This document shows, in pieces, positions 9,134 through 20,800 of a stretch of 58,649 nt of DNA. The stretch is taken from positions 1 through 58,649 of the IMG/VR virus record IMGVR_UViG_3300032232_001117; one strand, given 5' to 3'. The DNA is from a virus. Its lineage: Duplodnaviria; Caudoviricetes. Below the pieces are notes generated by a model, which worked only from the letters and a program-made list of their open reading frames with translations, searched no databases and was not told the origin of the DNA. Numbering within the stretch: position 1 is the stretch's first letter; each line of letters starts with the position of its first letter. Both the position numbers and the translations under genes were made by a program.

Positions 9134-9819
9134 GGGGCAACCCTGTTATTTTCTAGCCATGCTTTGGCGGTTACAGGCATAACACTACTGAACATTTGTT
9201 CAACAGCGACAGAGTAATCACGAATTTCCATTTGTGCTGTTTCGGCGCTCCGAAGAGAGCAGAAATTCATAATTGAGCGGGCGTTAACCGTCCAATAAAA
9301 CTGTGTATACATCCCGACTGGAAGAACAACACGAGCCAGTTCTTTGGCTACGCCGTCGTTAATCATTTCCATGTACGACTTGTAGGCAGCCTTATAAGCC
9401 TCATGGATAGAGTTCTTTGAACGCATCGCCACTTCCATATCAACCTGCTCAAACATGTAAGCCCCCGGTTTTCCTGTTTGCGTTCTAATAACGCTTAATT
9501 CAGGAACAAAAAACTCGTTAGGAACCTCTGAGTAGCGAGCAGAAAACTCGTTAAACGAGCCAATCCGATGACGAAACCACTCTCTGGCGACAAAAACAGG
9601 ACACTTCACATGAAACCGGAAAGAATTGTGCTCAAAAGGGGTTCCGTGACGCTCACGCATCAAAAAGTTGATAAGACCTTTGTCAGCATTTGTGAGTTCG
9701 GTCTTGTCATCTTCGTTCTGCGCAAAACTAACCCTGGCCGAATTTACGACAGACATATCGTCAGCCATATAGCCATCTAAACGGACAAACCCGTTATCTA
9801 GTAAATCTACATGAAGCAC
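9130..9819 (-). CDS. thyX: FAD-dependent thymidylate synthase
   Basis: HGTPFEH, signature RHRIGSFNEFSARY, KELARVVLP, AQMEIR. Confidence 0.96.
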   Translation of the reverse strand: MLHVDLLDNGFVRLDGYMADDMSVVNSARVSFAQNEDDKTELTNADKGLINFLMRERHGTPFEHNSFRFHVKCPVFVAREWFRHRIGSFNEFSARYSEVPNEFFVPELSVIRTQTGKPGAYMFEQVDMEVAMRSKNSIHEAYKAAYKSYMEMINDGVAKELARVVLPVGMYTQFYWTVNARSIMNFCSLRSAETAQMEIRDYSVAVEQMFSSVMPVTAKAWLENNRVAP

Positions 9820-9954
9820 TTTTTCTCCTGCTTTGGTTAAATCAAACTGAAATAGTCAAAAGCAATTTTTTATTTATGTAGTGGAAAGCAAGGGTTCCGT
9901 ATATCCATAACTTAAAAAAGAACTCAAGGTCCGAAACAATACTAATGATTCCCA

Positions 9955-10146
9955 TTATTGCTGTCTCGCACTAATATTCTGCCAGTATTCTCTTTCATTC
10001 TGTGATGACTCAAGTTTGTGAGCAGCCTCATGAATGCGCTTTTGTAAATCGCGAATCTTGTCTTCAAGTTCCCTAATGTAGGCAATCAAGTATTGCTGAG
10101 TTGCCACATCTCTGGGTTTCTGCTTAAAGGAATGTTCTTCGTTCAT
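9955..10146 (-). CDS. Small coiled-coil hypothetical protein
   Basis: Heptad-like ORF. Confidence 0.55.
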   Translation of the reverse strand: MNEEHSFKQKPRDVATQQYLIAYIRELEDKIRDLQKRIHEAAHKLESSQNEREYWQNISARQQ

Positions 10147-10319
10147 CTAAGTTTCTCAACTTCCTTTAAGGCATCACAATAAGAGCACTGAACTGCGTAT
10201 TCACAATTGGGGTCATGAAGTGGATTGGCGAGTCGCTTAGCAATCGCTTTCCACTTATTGCGGTCTTCTTCTAGTTCGCCGGACCTATCTAGCCAAAATT
10301 TAAATGTTATCTTGTCCAT
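10143..10319 (-). CDS. Small hypothetical protein (58 aa, MDKITFK...CSYC)
   Basis: Read by hand; coupled to both neighbours by overlapping start/stop codons. Confidence 0.55.
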   Translation of the reverse strand: MDKITFKFWLDRSGELEEDRNKWKAIAKRLANPLHDPNCEYAVQCSYCDALKEVEKLR

Positions 10320-10825
10320 TACAAAGCGCTATAACGCGCCTTCACCTCCTCGAAAAGAACTGGTTTAAAATCTGTCTGCTCAACACTAACACACTGATAC
10401 CAAGGGTCATTTAGCGATTCAGAATGCAGATGACCATGAATGTTTCCCTTATAACGGTACTTCTGATGTGAAGAAACAGGAATATGTGTCAGGATAAAGC
10501 GGTCAATAGACAAAGCGCCTGCGATGTCATAAAAATGCGGTGCATAAGTAGCCAAATCAAAACAGTCGTGGTTTCCCTTAACAAGAAGTTTCCTACCATG
10601 AAGTTTTGACATTGTTTTTACATGTTCTTTACGCATTGCAACATCCCCAAGATGGATGACCTTATCTTTGGGACGAACAGTTTCGTTCCACAACTGAATC
10701 ATCATCTCGTCCATCTCGTCGGCACTATCCCAAGGGCGCAACTTGTCGCCGTGTTTAGTAGAAAATTGACAAACGCTTTCATGCCCCCAGTGCGTGTCTG
10801 CTACTACAAAAGTTCTAATATTCAT
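10319..10825 (-). CDS. Calcineurin-like metallophosphoesterase
   Basis: ADTHWGH, HLGD, GNHD, THIP, HGHLH motifs. Confidence 0.9.
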   Translation of the reverse strand: MNIRTFVVADTHWGHESVCQFSTKHGDKLRPWDSADEMDEMMIQLWNETVRPKDKVIHLGDVAMRKEHVKTMSKLHGRKLLVKGNHDCFDLATYAPHFYDIAGALSIDRFILTHIPVSSHQKYRYKGNIHGHLHSESLNDPWYQCVSVEQTDFKPVLFEEVKARYSAL

Positions 10826-10903
10826 GCTAAATACCATAGCATTAGATAAATCTATCTGCAACAACACAGCGTATATTTATATTTATAGGGGTAGCATGCC
10901 GTC

Positions 10904-11383
10904 ATGCTTATTACGTTAGAACCCTGGGAATATGTGCACGCTTGTAACGTCGGAATAGCGAGATTTGCCGCCAACTGGGACAAAAACGATGCCCCCCACT
11001 ACAAAAAAGAACTAATGGAAGACGACCGAACCGCACAAGTTGCATCAGCGATTTGCGAATTGGCGGTCGCGAAAGCAACAAATCGTTACTGGTCCGGCCA
11101 TGTATGGCATAAGTCAGAACACGCCAGATACAGGGATGTTCCAGATGTAGGGAGCAACATAGAGGTGAGGCGCGTTCGTACAGGAGAAACAACAGCCGTA
11201 CGCCAGCATCAACTCGGCAAAGGCTTGGTCCTATTCGCAGCACGCCCTGAGCCTCCTGAGTTCCGACAAGTAGACATATGGGGCTGGCTTGACTATGACA
11301 GCGCTTGGGACCTCGCAGAACCTGCACACTACGACCCAACTCGCACGAGGTTGTTGCACAAGAACCACTTAACCGCTTTGTAG
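10904..11383 (+). CDS. Conserved phage hypothetical protein (possible PD-(D/E)xK-like)
   Basis: E.AVAK...PDVG.NIEVR pattern. Confidence 0.65.
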   Translation: MLITLEPWEYVHACNVGIARFAANWDKNDAPHYKKELMEDDRTAQVASAICELAVAKATNRYWSGHVWHKSEHARYRDVPDVGSNIEVRRVRTGETTAVRQHQLGKGLVLFAARPEPPEFRQVDIWGWLDYDSAWDLAEPAHYDPTRTRLLHKNHLTAL

Positions 11384-11881
11384 GGGATTCTTAGATAAAT
11401 CTTCCCAGAGATTGGGGAAAGTCATTCACTGCCGCACTGCTCCCCCCACGCCTGCGACGCCTCGGAAAAAGTCTCGGGGCTGAGGGGGCTGGAGACAAAC
11501 TAGTAGGCATGCCTTACACCCCCCCCCTTTATCCACAGGCACACCCCCCCTCTGGTCAATAGGCATACCCTATGAGGCATAGGTGATACCTACCCCCCTA
11601 TGGTTATGGTCTCTGGGTACGGCATTGGGTATGACATTGGGTATGGACACATAGCATGCTCTCGGCATGCCATGAGACAGCCCTGAACGCCTCATGAGAC
11701 TACCTATGAGACACCCCATCAGACTGTTCGCATAGTGCCCTTCGTAGTACGCACATAGCAACGAACATACATAGTCATACATCGCATGACCATGACGATA
11801 CAAAACCTCGCATCGTCAATCACACCAATGAAATCGTCAGTCTCTGCGCGCCACCACTGTGTCGTGTTCTACAATGATTCT
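11384..11881. other. ~500-bp non-coding region of unusual composition (possible genome end, packaging site or origin)
   Basis: C/G runs, a DnaA box at 11529-11537, many CATA/TATG/GGCAT words; TACAAT -10 at 11870 for the giant gene. Confidence 0.4.
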
Positions 11882-14800
11882 ATGCCCTTCTCTTATGACA
11901 TCTACCCTGACGAATCATCGCGCGCAAAGCGACGCTTACAAGCGCATTCATCGGAAGGCATAGAGGTCAAGGCATTAGGTTCTAACCTTGGTCAGATAGC
12001 ACGAGGACAAGCAGTGTATGACCCTAACGCATACGACGGTGACGGTGACGGCGTCGTACAGGACAGCACACCCTTTGAGAGACCAGCCGTATTGTCTAAC
12101 ATCGCCTCATTGACAAGGGGGCTCGCAAGTGCCACGGGTAGATGGGGAGATGACTATCAGAACTGGACAGCAGGTAAGACTAACGAGGAGATAGCAGAGG
12201 TAGTAGTACCTGATAACCCTGCTGACCTACTGTCATACATAGCGATACACGCAAGCACTCATGGTCTACCAAGAATCTATGCCAGTGTAGACGACCTTCT
12301 CTCACAGACACGACAATCGTTGCTTGGCGTGGACTTATCACCAGAGACAGTAGCCAATACTCGCAAACTATTAGTAGATACTCTCAATAACAATCCTCAG
12401 ATGAGAGAACTGATAGATAGATTCGGCATACCCCCAATAGTGACACGAAAGAATAAGCCTGAGGTATCAGGGGCAATGACGCAACACATGCTCATGTTCC
12501 TGTCTAAAGAAGGAATAGACCAATACACGGATGGCAAGAGGAGAGGCAAAGGCAGTATGGATACTTCCGTGTTGTCTCGTTTGTTTGGTGACGACATAGA
12601 TAAACTATCTGACCTATTACCAGACTTTGTTTCTGATAAAACAATGGAGAGCACATTCGTACACGAATACGGTCACTACCTATTCTCCTATGCTTCCTAC
12701 AACCACCCTGACCCAGAGGTCAGAGAGATGTTGTATGTCATAAACAACTCACCGTGGAAATGGTTGAGCGACCCAGACAACATAAACCGTTACGACTTAC
12801 CAGAAGAATGGTACGACTTGGCTACCCTTCTCACTAGTGGTCATACAGACATAGACCCAGATGATGAATACAACATAGAGGATTATGTCAAACCTAATGG
12901 AATAGTGCCACCCTCTAAGTACGCCCTAACTTCACCTTCAGAAATGGTTGCTGAACTATTTGCCGAAAGCATCTTAGAACCAAGGACTGATAATAGAAAT
13001 ACAGAAATCCTCCAAACCCTCACGGGTAGAAAAACCACCGACAAAGGATTCGCTTCTGTAACACTCCCTGGCACTAGGTGGTTTGACGATAAGTCAATAG
13101 AGGACATTGTTGATGCTGTTGTTCCATCCACACCAGAGAAAGCACGCGAAGAACTAGAAGCATGGTCGCAGTGGATGTTTGACTTATCAGGACCTGGCTA
13201 CTTTGATGTTGATACAGAGGGAATGACTCCGTCAGAAAAAGTAAACCTAGAACTAAAGCGTCTAAAGTTTCACATTGATAAGAAAATGGCAGGCAACTAC
13301 AACAGAGTCCTTAGAAAGGCTCGTCGTTACAAGGGGGAAGTAAAACCAGAGGAAGTATTTGACTTCTCCGAGGAAGCCCTTATGGGTCTACGGAACATGG
13401 TTTCAGAGGCACTGAACAACAGCCCTGAGTTCCTAAGCCATGTAAGAGACTTTGGTATGCCACCACTATTCGTAACTAAGGGTGAAATAGTTCCTGGCGC
13501 AATCTTTAACGGTAGCACTGGGGCATTGTTTATCACAATGAACAAACTATCCCTAGACCCAACACCTCTAGAAAACCCTGACGATGCGCGCGCAGGAAAA
13601 GGTAGAAAACTTGCTGGCACAGAGTGGTATCTAGAGTCAAACGGAAACTGGAAACCAGAAAGCGTTTTATTCCACGAGTTTGGTCACTTTGTAAACTACT
13701 TGTCCTCAAACCTTCACCCTGATAGGGAAACTCGTTACTTAGCAATGTGGTATTGGCGCATGAGTTGGGGCGAGGGCAACGGGTGGCGTATGAAAAGAAA
13801 GTGGAAGAAGTTTCGTAAAGAAAACCCTGGATACAACTACGACGCTGCTGATAAACGGTGGCTACAAGTTGAGGAAATCAGAGACGCCATAAACAGCAGT
13901 GGGGCGCTTGATTGGGAGAATGGTCCACCTCATGTATTGAGTGAGTACGGACAGCAAAACCCAGCAGAAACATTTGCTGAGGGATACGCAGCATGGGTTA
14001 GTGGTGACGCTGAACAGATGGCTCGTGTCAGCCCTGCCTTGGTAAATGACATAAAGAAGCATGTGACCTTCCCAACTCGCGAGGAAGCAACAACAGAAGT
14101 AGACATGACTCAGGCGATGGAAAGACCTAAGGGTTTTGCCTCACTAAAAATCAAGAGAAACGAAGATGGTACACGCGACCTCGCAGCAGCACTTGATGGA
14201 AGCAGTCCGTCACCCCTTGACGGGTCTAACTGGCTGAAAGACGCAACACCTAGAGAGATAGCGCAAGCGATTGTCCCACGCACAAGAGAAGATGCCGTGA
14301 ACTTGATGCTTATGAATCTACTTGCTGGTAATAGAAATCCAGACGCAATAACAATGGCTGCCATGCGCTCAATCCTATCCAAAATGCTGGATACCGACAT
14401 CTTTGACTTCTCACCAGAAGGCATTTCTCAAATGGAGAAGTGGATTGAGAAGGCGTTAGACGAATCTCCTCAGTTCCTATGGCAGGTGCGCAGATTCGGT
14501 TCTTTGCCCATGATTCCCACGGACAGAAACGCAGTACGTAAGTACAGAGACGCTTTAGAGAACGGTACCCCGATACCTATTCTTTCCATGAATGGCGCAA
14601 GAACAGAAGCCATTACATACCCATTCACAAATACTAACTACAACTTGACGGCAGAACAAGAACTCATGGAAACACTTTATAGTGGTTCTGTTGCCAACCC
14701 AGGCATTATGGGTTACTGCGTAGGAAGCCTATTCATGGTTATGAACATGCATCACCGTGAATGGCGTGGTATTTGGGACCCACAGAAGTCTCCACCACCA

Positions 14801-17800
14801 AAATTTGGAAGAACACGCCGTGTGCTTATGGGTGTTGGTAAAACACCCGGAGAACAACGCCCGTTCCCAGCGTACGACAAGTACGGAAGGCTTCTTGTAT
14901 CAAACTTTGGCACAAGCCTTGAGGGTACAATAATCCACGAGTGGAGTCATGGGTGGTTCTCTAGTCTCTTTGGTCCAAAACAAGGACTTGCAATTATTCC
15001 AGACATCAGAGACGAAGTCGCTCGTAAGAGTCGCATTATGAATCCGGGAACTATTCTTGATAAAAATGACCTTTATCAATTCGGTGGCAAGAGAGATGAT
15101 AGGTACGCATACTTCTTCCCAGACCTTTCGAGAGACGAAGCAGAAGCCCGTGTTGAGTTTGCAAAAGAATTCCTATCGCCTTGGTCACTAACGATTATCC
15201 CCGTATTGGAATCCCCTCGCGATGCAAGTCTTCTCATTCACTTTATGCAGATGGCTGTAAGTAAGACACAATCTGTTTACGGACCAGGTTCACCAGAAGT
15301 AGCAGAAATAACTCAAAGAATGAACGACTACGGTCAGGAACTCATGAATAGAGGGTTCCAAAGAATACGTGCCCTCACGAATGCAGCAAATGTACCAATA
15401 GACGCATTTGCGCATCAGATTGGTGTTGACCCTAACGACCCAGACCAGATGCAGAACATGGCGATGTTCTACGGGTACGAGCCGGGAATCAACCAAGATA
15501 CTTGGCAAGGTCTTGCGCAGGATTTCCCAGACATCTTCGGTGACCCGTCACTTCCTTTTTCCACACTTGCTGGTCAGTACGCACAAAAGAACCCACAAGA
15601 GACATGGGCTGAACTAAACATCCAAATGGCTCAACCTGATTCTGATTACAGAGACGAATACATCACCCCAGAACTGAGAGCAGCACTGTTGTATGTTCTG
15701 GGCGAACACGGCAACCCGTTTGATACAAACATAACCAACATTCCTTGGGAAACACGTGGAGGCTTTGCATCTAGAACAAAAAAGGTAGAACACGCTCGCG
15801 CAACCGTGATAAAGCGCTCATCCAATACGCTTGGTAATGTTGTTTCTTCACGCTCAACCATTGATAACAGAGCACTACGGGTAGTAAAGTCAACACGAGA
15901 CGAGCGTGGTCATACGCGCTTTGAGATTGGTGATTACACATTCACTATCCCTGGTGACAGTTTCATGCCAGACCTTTCAAGCGCATACACCGAGTGGGCA
16001 TCGGAGTCTCACTACGGTATTCAGCAGATGTCACGCATGATGATGGGTGTTCAGAAAAGCAGAAAAAACCCTCTCACCATGCCTGGCAACGCTGAGATTA
16101 ACGTTATTAGTTCAGGAAGACCTGTGACGGAACTAGATGAGAGAATGCTTTCATCCATTAGGTCAACAGCGACAAAGACTAATCGCATACTTGACGAAAT
16201 CAGAGACGGTGACTCCTATTCATCTATGCCTCTCTACCATGCCGTTAATGCAGTAGAACAAGATTCAGACATCCTTAGCGCATCAATCGGCGACACTATC
16301 TCCATGCCTTTATCTTCCTTCTCTCCCAACTTCATCAATCCAGACATGGTAACTAACAGAGGAGGAGGCGATGGTTCTGCCGTTATCAAACTCTCTATGG
16401 GTGCAAAAGTAATGGAGAGCAATCTTCTTGAAAACACAAACCGTAACGGGGAGTGGAGAGATGTTCCGATTGAAAGCATTACGGGTGGCAAATTTAAAGT
16501 TATTTCTAGAGATGAACGAAACGGTATCCCAGTAATAGAGATTGAACACACCGACATATTTGATACAACATCTGGTGAGTGGGTTAATGTTGACCCCAAT
16601 GACGCCATGTCGTCTATCCGTTATGAAGTTCTTACCGACAGAGGCATTAAGAAACTTGAGAAACTCAATAAGCGTCGCACGATTCTTGGAGAAGAAAACC
16701 CCGAATATGGGAAAATAACTGAAGAGATTGACGCAGTCGCAAACGATGTTGTTCGCAGTATGTTCGGTGGCAACACCGACCCAGTACTGCCTGTTCTTGG
16801 CATGTCAAGAGAAGACAGAATGAAGTTTGAAGAGCAGATGGATTTCCTATCAGCAATACCTGTTTCCTCAATGGATAAGCGTGGATTGCCAGGATTTGCA
16901 TCTGTAAGTGACGCCAATATGGCGTTTAGTCGCAGAATCACCCCAGAGCGTCGTGTTACTAAGTCAGCCATACGCATGCTCCAAGAGAACCGTGAATACA
17001 TCGCAGACAGAATGATTCCCGGTACTAATCGTGAAATTCTTGATGATGTATGGGTAGACAAAATGCTTGACAAACTCAACAATGGCGAGATAACTCACGC
17101 TGACGGCATGAACATAATGAATGTAATCATGGATTTAATCGGTGACAGAATAAAGAGAGACCCATCATCGCGTGATGCTACTGACGGGGATGTGTACCAC
17201 TACCAGAAACTCGGCAAGAGACTGCGCAGAGCAATGACGGCAGAAATAACAAGAGAAGAAACTCTAAATCTTAGTAAAGCATCAGGATTTGCCTCAACCT
17301 CGTCTAGAACCAATACAAAAATCTCTGAACCATTCAACCCAACCGTCATCTCAACCGAAGCCAGTGACGCTGAATGGGGTCAATTTGAGTCAAGTAGAAC
17401 TATTGTTCAGGCTGTTGTGTACGACATTGACGGCGAGAAGGTTGTGTTTGGTGTTGAGGAAAGACACGGGCTTGATACGACTGGAATCAAAGTCATTCCG
17501 CTTAACCCCTACGAGATTACCGAACTAGACCGCGACAGTGAAGAAGGCCAAGAGATGGCTCTTGATTGGCTCTACGCAAACCTTGCTGCTTACGAAGACG
17601 CGGATTACAACAATAGAAACGATACAGAAATCAGTGCTCTCCTTTATTCTGCTACTAAAGGTGATAAAGAATCAAAGAAAAAGTTTAAAGAATACGCCGA
17701 AAAAGGTCGTGAAATAGCACAACAAAGACGTCAAGAGGCGCTTGATGAGGAAAGCAAAAGGATTGACTCAAGAATGTCTGACCCTCAAGTCGCTTGGGAT

Positions 17801-20800
17801 GTTAAGTATATGCAAGAGAGACTTGCATATACGAGAAAGAAGAAAAAAGATGGTTACGTATCGGCTCCGTCTAAAGAAGAAATTGATGATGCAAAGATTA
17901 CTCCAGACAACTTAGTTCTAGTTCGTTGGAGCGAGTTCCCACCAGAGTATGACGCCGACGGCAATGTCATTCTTCAGCCCGCCAGCGAGTATGTAGCAGT
18001 CGATAGACAAACAATGCATTTCACGTTGAATCACTCGGTTGAAGAGCATATGTTCTGGAACGACGGCGATGGTGAAGGCTACCTAATTATGACCACGCTT
18101 GGTGATGTGTTAGAAGCAAACGGGACTGAGTCATTAGACAATCTCTACGGCGTAGATACATACTTCACTCCCAAGCCAGGCGAGGGATTAAAACTCCCTA
18201 AATCAAAAGTTATCAAAGTCTCTAAGGGTGAAGATAGAAAAGCAATCACCGCAAGAGTTGTCGAAGAAGAGTTTGATTCTTTTGCAGTTACTGGAGGACC
18301 TCACTACACGGGTACCGCAGGTTTCGACGATACGGTCAGAATTGTTGCAAGAGACTTAGGAATCGTTCCCGGAGGTCTTCACGCTAATAGACCTCATCAC
18401 TTACTTGAACAAATGAATAACTATTTAAGTGATTCTGGTTCAAAAGAACGAGACCTTCGACCAGAAAAAAACAATAGTGGTCCCTATGTTGAAGACATTG
18501 CAGAGATGGAAAAGAACGCGCTACTAAGACTTGCCGATAGAAAGCACGCTCCATGGAGTGGCGTAAACGAAAGTCGTGTCGCAAATCCAAAGGGCAGTTT
18601 AGCATCTGTATCTCGCTCAAGAACACGGGCAGATGAACGGTTGGCTAGTTTAAATAACGCAGAAGAAATAAAAGTTATTGATTCTGTTCAAAAAAGAATT
18701 GGCTTTGCTTCTCGCACAGACGCTGTTAACCCAAGAGGTAGAACCGTTGAAGAAGTAGCAAAAGAACTTGAATTAACAGAAGAAGAGAAGAGAATACTTG
18801 CTAAGTTTCTTCCCAATTTTGACAACGTTGAGGATTATCAGTTCCATCCTTCAATAACACCAGAACAAAAACGTAAAATTATTGATTCCATACGTATTCG
18901 TGTCGATGACGGTATTCCGTATATAACAATAGATGGCAACCCGTTCTTGATGGATGAAATTCCAGACAAGAGAGACTGGTCAACCGTACTCGCTCCTTCT
19001 GATGAACAAATCAAAACAGTAAGTGACCTATTATTAAAACTAGGAAGACAAGCAGGGTTCTCCACTTTTGAAAGACCCAACAATCTGGGGTTCACTTTAG
19101 AAGAAGAAGACAGAGCAAGAGAGCACATAAAACTTAATATTGTTGCTTTCAGTCAGTGGGCGATGGACCTATATAGAGAAATAGGCAACAAATACCCAGT
19201 CTTAGACGACAGCACGCTTGAAAGAAGCAATTTTCCTGACGTTCCAGGTGGAATGATTCACTACACCGGCATGGGTTTGTACTTCAACGCCCTTAGTGGT
19301 TTATTGCAAAGAGGAATACTTGACTACTACGGTGAAGAAGACTTCTTAAACGCTCATGACCTTTGGGGACATATAGCAACTGGTCGCAGTTTTGACAGAC
19401 ACGGTGAATGGGCAAACGCTTTAGCAATGTGGTCAATGATGGATAGGTGGGCAAAGGAAAACAATATATCTGAATCCGACTTAATACGCACGAAGTTGCG
19501 TTGGATGACAGGATTAGAATTTAACCGTTTTTCTTTTAGAAACTTTGCTGAGATTCCTGAAGACATGACGGATGCTGAAAGAATAGAATTGCAAACTTCT
19601 GTATACAGGGTGCTTAATAATGGCATGGCTACCGACGACGAGATTAAAGAAGTACTTGCCTTACTTGACCATGGGCGTGTTGCTCAGTCAGAAAACGCCA
19701 AGAAGTTGACTGACGCTACCGAAGGAGAAAAGGCTGAAATAGTTAAAACCGATGTCGTTAGAACAACACTTCTTGATAGAACCAAAAAAAGATTAGGTTT
19801 TGCTAGTGCTTCAAATACACGCAGGATTGTCGACATGGACCTCGGAGATTCTGGCTCAGAAACTGGTGAGGTTATTGCTGAAAAAATGGGCCTCACGGGT
19901 AAGGCTGCAAGAATAGCGAAAGAAGCATTCCAGCGCACTCTTGAATCAATATCAAATGGCACTTTCAGAAAGTACAAGATGGCTAAAGGTGTTGATGAGC
20001 ACAAGTCCCGACTTCTTGACTCAATACGCATAGTAATCAGCGCAGACGATGTTCCGATGATTATGGCTGACCCACACCCAGTTTTCTTTAGGCTTTTAAC
20101 AGATAGAAGAGACTGGTCAAAGATTGAGATTCCAAGCAATGCGACCATTAACGAGTTTGTAAAGAGGCTAAAAGAAGGAAACAATCCACTAGCCAGAAGA
20201 GGCAACCAACAACGCACTGACGAGAACACTGGTTATCAGAAATTTAATAAATGGGCGTTTGAGAAACTACTACCACTAATAAATGCAACAGAAAGACAAG
20301 AGTACGGCGAAAGACCCAATCCTGGAGAATTGGATTTAGATGACGAATTAATGGTTTTGTCTGGAAACGAATCATGGGCTTCACTCTATATTGGTTCTCT
20401 ATTTGACGGAGAAAGTGCTATAGGCAACAGCCTTATTGAAGCATTTGATGCACTGCACGAAGCAGTAGGTCATGTTGCAATTGGACGAGGGTTTGATAGA
20501 CACGGTGAATACGCAAATGCTCTTGCAGTACTTTCATTATTTAGACAACCAGAACTGCAAGAATTGCTCACAAAAGGAGAGATTCAAAAGTTGCTAGGGA
20601 AGATAATGGCTGACTACCTGGCGGGTCCTATCGGTCTTGCTACAAGAGAACAGAGCAACGTGCTTGAAGATGCGCTAAACGCTGCAAATCATGACATCAA
20701 AATGAGTCCAACTGGCGAACTTATGCAACTGATTACAGACTATGAAGGTGACCTTTTTGAACTTATAGACCTTTTAGAATCCGAAATAGATAAGACTCCA

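Noticed and set aside
11786-11881. Upstream extension of the giant ORF to ATG 11786
   Set aside because: A TACAAT -10 box at 11870 followed by ATG 11882 matches the leaderless pattern used across the window.
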